From: Moniliella sp. 'wahieum'
Taxonomy: Eukaryota
Assembly (NCBI GenBank): GCA_003971905.1
Contig: RSEE01000008.1
Location: forward strand, 1 to 64,000
Length of the DNA stretch: 64,000 nt
Direction: 5' to 3'
Part shown: positions 52,880 to 64,000 of the stretch, one piece after another
Numbering within the stretch: position 1 is the stretch's first letter
Layout of the letters: each line of letters starts with the position of its first letter
Position numbers and translations under genes: made by a program
The notes under the pieces: model-generated
What the model was told of the DNA's origin: nothing
The model's input: only the letters and a program-made list of their open reading frames with translations
The model's database searches: none

Positions 52880-54376
52880 ATGGCCAACCCGGCGTGGCGG
52901 CGGCGCTGGCTCCCACCCGCTGAGGAGAGCGGATACTCGACTTCTCCCCCACCAAGGACGCATGGCAGGTGCAAGTGCCGTCGCTGCTCATGCTGCTGGA
53001 GGCGTACTGCCTGTTGCGCGTGCCGCGTTCGCAAGGCCGCCGTCTGGTGCTTGCCTTGGCCACCTGGTCCGTGTTCATTTACTCGCTCACCCAGTTCCGC
53101 GTCCACATCCCCGTCGAAGGCGTGGGAAGGGTGGTCAGCCGCGCTGATGGGCTTGTTCTGGTGCATGCAGGCGGCGGTCCAGATGATTCGAGCGGCCCAG
53201 TGGGTCTTTCTTCCTGGTGCGCCCGAGCCCGATGTTGCATCCGCTCGCGAGAGTGGGAGCGGTGCGCCTCCCGCTTCGAACGAGGACAACAGCCTCGTTG
53301 GCCGCCCGAGCATGCCCACTCTGCCCGAGTGGACTTGCTTCTGAATGTGCGTGGTCTGCGCCGCGGGGCACGACTGCGCGAGCTAACCCGGGCGGAAGAG
53401 AGGTTGTTCTGGGCAGCCAAACTGACGTTTGTCCTGCGCCGTGCCGTGTATGGAGTGTGTGTTTGGCGTGGGTAGATGTGGCAGACAGCGTTCTCAAGTC
53501 GCCGTTGGTGTACCCGCCTGCGCGCCGTGCCGAGCCAGCGTCGATCTTCGCTGCCAAGGACGGTGTCCTGGGCTGGGCCGGGCCGTACGTACTTGCGATC
53601 TGCATCGCCGTCGCCGTCAACATGCTCGTCCAAGGAAGTTTTTCCCTCTTATCCGCCGTATATGCCCTGCTGCATCCCAACCCCGACTTGCACGCCTGGT
53701 CGCCGTTTCCGGTCCATCGCTTGGGCCTCGCCACCTCGCTCACCAACCTGTGGGGACGGCACTGGCACCAAATGCTTCGCCAAGTTTTCCTGATTGGTGC
53801 GCGGGCGGGCCAGCGAGTCACCCGTCCCCTCGTAGGTCGGCGCCTGGCACGGCTACTGGGCGTTCTGTCGGCTTTTGCACTCAGTGGATTGGCCCATGAG
53901 TGGGGGCAACTCTACATGCGTTCTCCTGGGTACCCACACCAACCGTTTGGTCCTACTTTTCTCTTCTTTCTGGGCCAAGGCGTACTGGTCGTGGGCGAGC
54001 AGTTGTTCACGGCCGCTACGGGCGTACCCATCGGCGGCCCGCTCGGATGGCTCTGGACCAACGTCTCGCTCGTCCTGTGGGGGACCCTCGTTCCTATGGA
54101 AGTATGTTTTCGCTGAGTCCGCGGGGAAAAAAGAGGGCTGGGGAGGATGCACAGACAGATTGCTGACCTCTCTTGTTGACTGCAGATCTGGTTCCAATAT
54201 GGGTGAGTAGAGACGTGTCTCGGTTTCCTAGATGGGGGGCGTGCGGGATTTTTGCGTAACTGACTTTGCCCTTTTCTGCCCCAGCTTGGCGCCAGTGCCT
54301 TTTTTTCCGTCTCTCGCAGCCTATTGTGGACAAGCTCGTCGGGGGTAGCAGTAGCTGGCACCAAGAGAAGTCTTAG
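52880..54376 (+). CDS. Membrane-bound O-acyltransferase (wax synthase-like, MBOAT_2)
   Basis: ATSLTNLWGRHWHQMLRQVF, AFALSGLAHE (putative catalytic His), FFLGQG, LGWLWT; two 3' introns; frameshifts. Confidence 0.82.
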
Positions 54377-54708
54377 AACCCGCAAACCAACGTGGGATGG
54401 GTAGGGTAGTGTCCTGACAATCTTTTGCCCTGTCTTAACGCCCGGTCGGCGCCACGCTGCCATAGCAGCAGCATCTTCCCTTTTCTCCCCATTTTCATAA
54501 AAAACGCGGTTTTGGCCCTGTGCCGCCTTTGGCGGCGTGGGGTAACCGGTAATCCTGGTCCAAAACCCACAAAACGTCGGTTCGGATAGCTATCGCGTCT
54601 CTCTGTGTAGGGGGCAAGCTGCAAGTCGGTCCAACGACGATAAATGGGGATGCACAAAATCACCTTGAACGAGCTGATGTACAGCACAACATAGAAATGC
54701 CAATCAGC

Positions 54709-56270
<1,562 letters not shown>

Positions 56271-57146
56271 GGCAAACACAAGCGAGCTGGCGGTGGAGAC
56301 GCAATGGTGGGGGACCCAAGATGCGTCGGTGCGCTAGCAAAACTGACACGGTGCGGGCGGGGTGTAGTACGTGCAGGACGCAGTGCCTGTGGGGGGCGGC
56401 GGTTGAGCCGTGGCACACACACACTGGCGCCGTGCCGCTGTAATGAACATCAGATCCCAGTCACTATCAGCGCGCTGAGCGCTGAGCTGAGCGCACGAAG
56501 CATAGCGCCGTCTGCAATTTCAGACGCTGTGCTTGAACGTTGAAATTCATCCCACACCAGGGTTATGAGCATCCGGCCGGCGCTGACGTTCAGCCGGCAT
56601 CCCACCCCCAGTCACGTGCTCGGCAAAGGGGGCCCGAGAGCAGCGAATCGCTAGCTGGGCGGCTCCCCGTGGTGCCTCCTCGTGGTCACGTTGAACGCAA
56701 CGCTGAACGCTCGTTCAGGCTCCGCACACGCCTTGGCTGGGCCGACGCGACCGCCGAGTCCATCTCCCTCGTCGGCGCCTGAGCTCCAGCTCCATTGCGG
56801 CGGCGCCCCCCTCGCTGCCCATCGCCTCGCCCATGTTCCGCCTCCGCACACGCACCGCCAGTGGCCCCAGCACACCTGCTGCGCCCCCGCCTCCCGACCC
56901 TTTGCCCTCGCCCTCGCCCTCGCTTTCGCCCTCGCCCTCACTTTCGCCCTCGCCCTCGCCATCGCCATCGCCGTCGCCAGCCGTCTTGCCGTCCAGCACT
57001 ACTCTCCCCACCCGTCTCCGTCTTTGCCTCCTGCTCAGCACCCCACTGCCTCTGCCGGTGGTGAACACATCGCCTCCTTGGCATCGCTGCCGGAAACTGT
57101 CGACAATGCCTCCTCTCAGTCTATAGCCCCGGATCCCCGCCGCCAC

Positions 57147-60100
57147 ATGCCATCTCTCACCGATGCCTCATCGTACTTGCTTAACACCAGTGGCCACGTT
57201 CCGCCCCACTGATCGTGCGTAGATCCCCTTTGCCTCGCTGTCTCTGCGGCATACTAACCTCTCTGTGGCTGCTTAGGGGGCGTCTGCAACTCTTGTTGAT
57301 TCCGGTCCCGGCACATCAGACCAAGGCGATGCCTGCCTCTACGTTTTCGGTGGCCGCCTGGTGGACCGGCGATTGACATCCTCCCTCTACGTTCTCAACC
57401 TCGAAACCCGGGTGTGGGCATTTCTCGGACCGGATTCGGATGCCATCATCCAAACCGCTTCCAAAGCCGGAGAACAGGAGCCGCATGATGACATGGAGTC
57501 TTCCCCTTCTACGTGGCCCCAAGCACGGTACTTTCATGGGGCCAACGTCTGGCGTGGCCGCTTGATTATTTCTGGTGGCATGGCATTGAGCCACGGCGTC
57601 GATGGGGAACGTGAATCGTCTGACACTGTCACTATGCGCACGCCTCGGGCCAGTCAGGCGCCTGACCCCGATGGGACCCCTCGTCCCTCGATGGCATCAA
57701 CTGGTTCCACGAGCGATGGGCTTGTTGCTCTCTCCGAAGTTATTGCGTTCGACTTGCACACGCAACAGTGGGATTTAACGTTTGATCGTTTGCGATCCGA
57801 TCAGGCCTTTCCCTCTTCCATTTCTTGCCGTCGTCCCCGCGCTCGCTATGCGCATCTCTGCTATCACTGGCGACTTTCTTGTTCTCATAGGGGGACAAGA
57901 TGTCCAGAACGAGTACATCCAGGACGCAAATGTCTACAGCTTGTGTGATGCTCGTTGGATTTGTACGGACCCCATCAAGGGCAAGGTGGGGTCGTACCGC
58001 TCTTGCTGCTGTTCCCCAGTGGATGGTGGTGGATTCAAAGAGAATGAGGTGGGCGCATCATCATCACATGAGACCATGGCTTCTGACAAGAGGGGAGCCC
58101 TGACTGCACCCCCACGAGAATTGCCTTGCTGGTTGGGTTCTTCTGTACCAGGAGGCCAATCAGATGTTCGTTCCACCCTCCGCTCCTTGTCATCGAATCA
58201 TTCTGCCTCACCCCCTTTTTCTCCGCTCCCCGCGTTTGCTTCGACAGGCACCAAAAGCCTTCAATCGTCGCTCCTCATGCTGGAAAAATTGCATCAACCG
58301 GAAACCCCTTCTCCCTCTACGGAGCCTGTGGTGAAGATGCATCCCCTCCCCACCAGTGTGCCCTTTGGTCCCAAACGTTTGCCTCCCATTTACGTTTACT
58401 CCAACTCGCGCTTCGCCAACGTTCAGCGCGTACTTCAAGTTTTCCATTACCAGCTTGATGCCGGGAGGTGATCCCCCAGCTGCGCATCGAGGATGTGAGT
58501 CAGCGAATGGTGCAAGGGCGGTCCACCCGACCGCACAGCAGCACCTCCAATGGGGAGGGCGGGCCTCTTCCCCCAGGTCTGCGCTTCCCGGCTGGTTACG
58601 CGGTAGGCAACTACCTCATCGTTTCCGGCACCTATCTCGGCGTCATGGCTCAAACTCATGCCATATGGGCTCTCCATCCCGACCTTGACTTGGACCCATT
58701 TGGACGGCGGCGCGTGCTATGTCGGCAGGCTCCTGGAACAAAGCGGTCCTGCATCCGTTGGGCGACCGGCTCCTCGTCCTCGGTGACCGTCAGCGCAGTT
58801 TGGCCGAGGACTATCAAGCTCGCCTGATCAACAGTAACCAGTTGGCCGCGTTGAGCTTAAGCGCCTGGGGTATTTACCAGCCCCCGGTAAAGCGTAGCAC
58901 ATTTAGTGTGCAGCTTGGCCTGGACGTGTTTTCGCCTGCTATCTCTGCTGCATGTTCTTCTGGCCTGTCTAGCAACGCCAACCAACCGATTTCTTCTGCC
59001 TTGCACGTTCTTGGGATGCAAGGCGATTTTGAGATCATCTGTTTGGACGGGACCAAGTTGGGTGCCTCCCGAGCACTCCTGGAGCGTCGTTGGCCTTGGT
59101 TCCGTAACGCGATGCGCACGTACCGTGGCCGTGCTCTGCATCTCGCACGCACTTCGGCGACAGAAGGGGAGGAGGTGATGGTTTTGCGTCTGGGTAAGTC
59201 AGATGTGCGAGTGACCCCTCGGTGCTTGAGCTTGCAGAGCCCTCCCGAGGTGGTCTCAGCATTCCTTTTGTACTTGTACACTGAATCGCTGGCCACACCT
59301 TTACAACGTCATCCCCGGATTGCCGCTGCACTGCTGTGTATGTCCTATTTGTACGACATGCCTCAGTTGATGGCCTGGTGCAGGCATGCCCTTCACTATA
59401 CTTTGACGGTGGAGTTGACCCCTCTTCCTTCGATGGCCAACGCAGGGAACAACCCGGCGTTACAGATGCTTCATACATCTCTTCCCAACGAGACACGGCT
59501 TGCCATTGCAGACGGGGTATACGAAGCAGCCGCTCTGACAGGGTGCCTTCCTCTTCAGGTTCATGCTCTGCGCACCGTGATCACGCTCAAAAAGGCCTTG
59601 GCCCGCGCCTCGAGACAACGTAAATCAGGATTTTCACTCCAAAGCAGAGGTTTTCACGCCCATCGCTCCTCCATCGGCCTAACTTCCCCTCGTCCACCGC
59701 TTCCCTCTGCAGGTGCACCGGGTATGGACGATACTTCTGACACAAGTGCAATTCCCATCCCGCCAGGCCCAATCGACAGCAGCATCCCATCCATGGGCCA
59801 CGTCATGGGGAACACGGCACGATTCTCCATCCAGGAGTATTTCCACCCCTCTCGCGTTCACGTCCGTTACGGATTCGCCCGTCGATATTGACCCTGTGGA
59901 CGAAGCATATATGTCTGTGCCGAGCACCCCTCTTCTCCCTTTGACTCGTGCGGAAACAGAATCGAGTCATCAGAGTGTTGCTGCTCCGCACCGCGGCTCG
60001 CACTTTCCAACACGACCTCCCGACTTAGGTCCGATGGGCCCGACCACCAGACAACCTTCATCTCATGTTTCATCGCCTGGAGTGTCCACCCCCGCGACCA

Positions 60101-60408
60101 GTGAGAGTTTCTCCTCCTACAGCGCATCCTCCGTATCCGGAGAACCCAACCTGCGGACCAAATTGAAGCGTGTTGGGCGGCACACTCGCCTCCGTGCTGA
60201 GGTGGAGGTAGAGATGGGGGCGGACGCGCATGGCCATCCCCTGCCTTCTCCGTCTAGGCAGGAGGACGCTTTGGCGTATGCTGCGGACCAGGGGGACGGA
60301 GGCGGACCTGGGTTCCCCGTCACTGATTCACGGCCGAGCCTATCCAGTCTCAGTAGTGACCGCAGTACGAGTTGCTTCTCCTCGGCCTCCTCGGCCTCGG
60401 GTAGCTGA
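57147..60408 (+). CDS. Kelch-repeat + BTB domain protein (Mds3/Pmd1/Ral2-like)
   Basis: TSGHVPP..|GASATL, LYVFGGRLV, QARYFHGANVWRGRLIISGG, PPGLRFP, GSWNKAVL; BTB-like GDFEIICLDG..RALLERRWPWF, AFLLYLYT; frameshifts; 3' end approximate. Confidence 0.8.
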
Positions 60409-60989
60409 TCTAGCCATGTGGACCGACGTGGATCCTGCTGCCCTGTTTTCCTACCCCTGCTCACCCGTCTCGTTGGTTTCTCTTCCCGTGGCACTGTCAC
60501 ATGTCACACCTACTTGCGTATACCCCCCTGTTCCAGGGCCTCCTACCCTCCGATCATCATACGCCCACAAGGCCACCATGCGCTTGTCAGGGTGGCCTTG
60601 CGCTGGCGAGGTCGTGAGGCCGTAATACCCTTTGGTACTTTCTCTCTCCTGCTCCCGTGTTCTGTCTCTGCAGCCCCACCTTATCGATTATCTCCCTCCT
60701 TGCCTGGTTCAAGACGTTGGCAAGATGACATGCTCATATGAATATGGATGGATCTGTCACGGGCCTGGCTGGGGATGTTGGCCATAGATAAAGCAGATGG
60801 AATTTTCAGAGCCAAGGAGAGCCAGACTTAGGAGCTGGGATGCCCGGCACGATATACGACCAGCTCCGACCGCAAGCCCGTGCCGGGAGCGGAACGCTGC
60901 ATGTGTCGGCGTCTGTGCTTTGCATTCGGACTGCTGGGTTCATCAAGTAGACAATGGTGCATCCTTGCCCCACCGCGGTCGGGTTGTGC

Positions 60990-62040
60990 TCACGCGACAA
61001 GCGACTTGGCCCGCACGAAGTGCGTCACATCCAGTGCTTCCGAGCTGGGCTGGATCGCGCCGGCTTGGCGTAAAATCTCCACTGTCTTGGTCACCGTTTC
61101 GCTCGACACGGTGGACGTGGTAGTGGCCTGGCCCGTGGTCGCCGCCGCACTTTCCGGGTTGGCACGAGGGTCCTGTACGTACCGCACCGAGGAAAACCAA
61201 GTGGCCACGTCCTTGGCCTGGTACCCAAACCGTTTCGTCACCCACTCCTGTGGCTCATGGGCCAAAAAGCCCGCGATGCTCTGTTGCAGCTGGGATAGGA
61301 ACGCGTCCAGTGCCGCCTCTTTTTCCCCACCATCCAGCACCTCCTTGGACACTGCAATGGACCACGACGGCCAGGGCGTAGGGATCGAGCCCAAGAAACG
61401 CACTTCGCCACTGTGCACAAATGGAAGCGTCGTCACTTTTTCCCACAGGAACGTACCCGTCTCCAAGCTAGTAGGAACAGGCGAGGTTAGCCAACGGGTT
61501 TGGCCCCCCAAAATAGACACAACCTAGAATCAGACGAGTCAAGGCAAGATGGACGTACCCGGGAACTTGGTTGACGCCCTTGCGTAGGTTCTCAAACGTG
61601 TCATTCACTTTAAACTCAGGCTTGGACTTCCACCCACGCTGCATGGCAGGTAGTAAGCCCATCGTTTGCGATCCCGAGCCGAGACGGCTGATACCGATCG
61701 GCGCATGCTCCAAATCGTCCACTTGCTGGAACCGGTCCGCCTTGGGGTCGGTGCCGGTAATAATGGCCCATTCGAGCGGACTGCGCACATAGCTGCCCAC
61801 CAACACCAAGTCGTCCCGCCCATTCGCAATCGACGCGACCAACGCATCGGTCAGTGCGACGGCAACGTCGATGGTGCGTCCGTGCGAAGGATCGGTGCGC
61901 AACGAGCTGACCATCTGCCCCGTCCCACTGTTTTGCCACACTAGCTCAAACGCCTCTTGGCCCCACGCCGTCTCGCTCAGCTGCCAGAGCGGGGAAGAGA
62001 AGTGTTCTTGCACAGTACCCACCTTGAGCTTGAAGACCAT
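60990..62040 (-). CDS. Type-2 periplasmic-binding-fold protein, Ca3427-like (NMT1/THI5-related)
   Basis: LKVGTVQEHFSSPL, GTGQM, YVRSPLEWAIITG, IGISRLGSGSQTM, FLWEKVTTLP, IPTPWPSW; intron 61468-61558. Confidence 0.85.
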
Positions 62041-62512
62041 TGCGAACGACTGAACAGTGCGGGCGGAGACGAGCGAAGCGGAAAGAAGGCAGGAAAAAGG
62101 GAAAGAGAGGGGAAGGAGGTCAGATGGAAGAAGAGCAAATGCGACCGTCCGCTTCGCCAGCCTCAGGCCTCACCGTCGACGCCCGCCCCGCCTGCGCTCC
62201 TTTCGTTCGCCAGCTCTGCTCCTCACCTTCCTTGCTTCCGCCTGGCTTTGCGCAATCGATATTCAATCTTCAATAGTCCCTCGCTTGGGCCTTGTGGGAA
62301 GACAGGATATCTCCGAAATTGCATCATTGCACATCCGGCGGTACCTTCCCCGCACAACCCTACTTTGTTGGAATGAAATTGAAATAGAATTGGTAAACTG
62401 CACGAGGGCCCTTTCTTACCAACAAAGAAATGGAGAGGAGTCACTAGTCACTAGTCACTAGTCACTAGTCAAGCTTGAAGAGACAAAAAAATATGGTGCG
62501 TGGTCGTGTAAT

Positions 62513-62895
62513 GCTTGAACAAGCAGAATGCGACAAGAACGCCAAGTACCAGGGACGCACTCAAGAACCGTTTTTCCCCTGGTTTTGACGACGCGAGGAT
62601 ACTACGGCACCAAGACGGCGGGCAAGTTGTTTGCGCATTGGAAGGAGTTGGCTACTAAATCTCAGTGGAAATGGTTCCTCGCTCGGATGTCAACCACGTT
62701 CCTCCGTGTCCACACGCGCTTCCTCGGGTACGGGAACGGATGGCGAGAACCGGAGGGTCTCGCTATCCTGGCGATCCCGCTGGTTCCTTAATCTTGGTGG
62801 CGCTTCCAAGTAACCCCCGCAAGATGAACGGTTAGGTTTAGACCAGCGTTCCCCCTGTCCCAGCCTTAAGCTCTGTCAATGAAATGGACGTAGTA
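62513..62895 (+). mobile_element. 5'-truncated CRE/Cnl1-like LINE copy (end of RLE domain + 3' UTR)
   Basis: LEQAECDKNAKYQGRTQE / FPLVLTTRGYYGTKT..FAHWKE..WKWFLARMSTTFLRV. The 5' part matches 18428-18545 (minus), the 3' part matches 37515-37640; ends in GTAGTAGTAG. Confidence 0.82.
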
Positions 62896-64000
62896 GTAGA
62901 CGCGCTCTTCTCGTACAAAGTCGGCAAGGCAAAATCGACTCAGGCAAGTTAGTAAACTGCCCATCTTATCGTTCCGGAGTATACCTGACAAGGTGGTGTT
63001 GTTGGTCTCAGATCATGATCTCCACCCTAAGGGATATGATGTCGATGATGGAAAGGGAAAAAACCATCACTGGGCCCCCGCTCAAAAGTGGCGCCCTCTC
63101 CCCCCTCTCCCTCCACACGCGAGGGGCCAGGCTGGAAAGCCACACAACACAGCCTTTCATTCTCGCCACACATCTGTGCGCTTGTAACATGTAAGGGGGG
63201 ATAGGTCTGAGAAGGGCGTGCAATGAGCGCTGAACGCCCCATCGCCATCTCCACACTCCTCACGACTGTAGCCTTTAGTCTGCCCCGTCACTATGGCCCA
63301 ATCATTCTTCCCAAACAAAAAGGCGGGCAGCGATGGCGATCTGACCGTGAGAAACGCATGCAACAGGATGGAGGAATACAGCGGCGTGACGATGTACTGG
63401 CCCACCAGACCGGTATGAGGTTGAGGTCCATCTCCACGGAGCAGCAGCGTTTTCATATATATATATATCTTTCACCTAAGCTTTCCTAGCTCTCTGGGGG
63501 CTCATTAACCCTCTTCGGTCGTCCGAGACTCCTCGTGTGTTGGTTTCCGAGAGGACAGGGAGAGGCGTCCCCGGCCGTAGGAGAAACTCCGTGTGGCGTC
63601 CATTACACGGACCCCGAGGGACGAAATAGTACACCCGAGGTCATCGAACGTGCGTGTGCGGATTTGTACCAGCCTATTATACCGGCTCCGTGCAATGCTG
63701 TAGAGAATAGGGTGCCAGCCGCCCAGAATAGGCACTGGTGGGGGAAGTACAGGGTCTAAACTCAAAATGATTAATTAGGAAAGAAGGTTCGAAGGACTTT
63801 CATTAATCATTACTGAAAACGTACTAGATTATAGGACCTACATAGTATACTCAGTATGCAGGACTCAGTATTCATTATGAAGGGCACTCAGTACACTCAG
63901 TACTCGCCTATCATCAGGCCTGAGCCTCAGGCCTCACATGTCACATGTCACATGTCACAGGACATGCTCCAACTGTGCAAAACATCTGCGCAAAACATCT

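Noticed and set aside
63505..63765. Possible hAT transposase C-terminal remnant (PILYSIAR...RSFSYGR)
   Set aside because: Motif spacing is too long and the core (WW, PA(T/S)S, ER) is missing; cannot be supported without a profile search.

Overview
Left end of a GC-rich fungal chromosome, probably basidiomycete (genus cannot be fixed from sequence alone). It starts with (TAACCC)n telomere repeats and a subtelomere of only ~2 kb. About 17 intron-containing or intronless genes are recognisable: long-chain acyl-CoA synthetase, PUB1/NAM8-like RRM protein, eIF3j, Gtr1/RagA, CPT1/EPT1, DUF2408/Cub1-like protein, Rax1, glyoxylate reductase-like dehydrogenase, a divergent RPS27/RPL19 pair, dUTPase, MCH1-like MFS transporter, a coiled-coil protein, CDC50, an MBOAT acyltransferase, a GabT-like aminotransferase, an Mds3-like Kelch-BTB protein and a Ca3427-like PBP2 protein. 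There is also an intron-containing tRNA-Gly(CCC) and a small two-exon orphan gene. Most CDSs carry small frameshifts, most likely unpolished long-read errors. Mobile DNA: three fragments of a CRE/Cnl1/MoTeR-type (RLE) non-LTR retrotransposon and two related solo-LTR-like repeats. The most striking unexplained signal is a window-wide intergenic pattern of 7-, 8- and 9-bp tandem duplications centred on TNA, mostly TNA-(4-bp palindrome)-TNA. These look like accumulated excision footprints of a hairpin-forming DNA transposon whose transposase is not in this window. Gene boundaries were read by eye and are approximate where frameshifts interfere.
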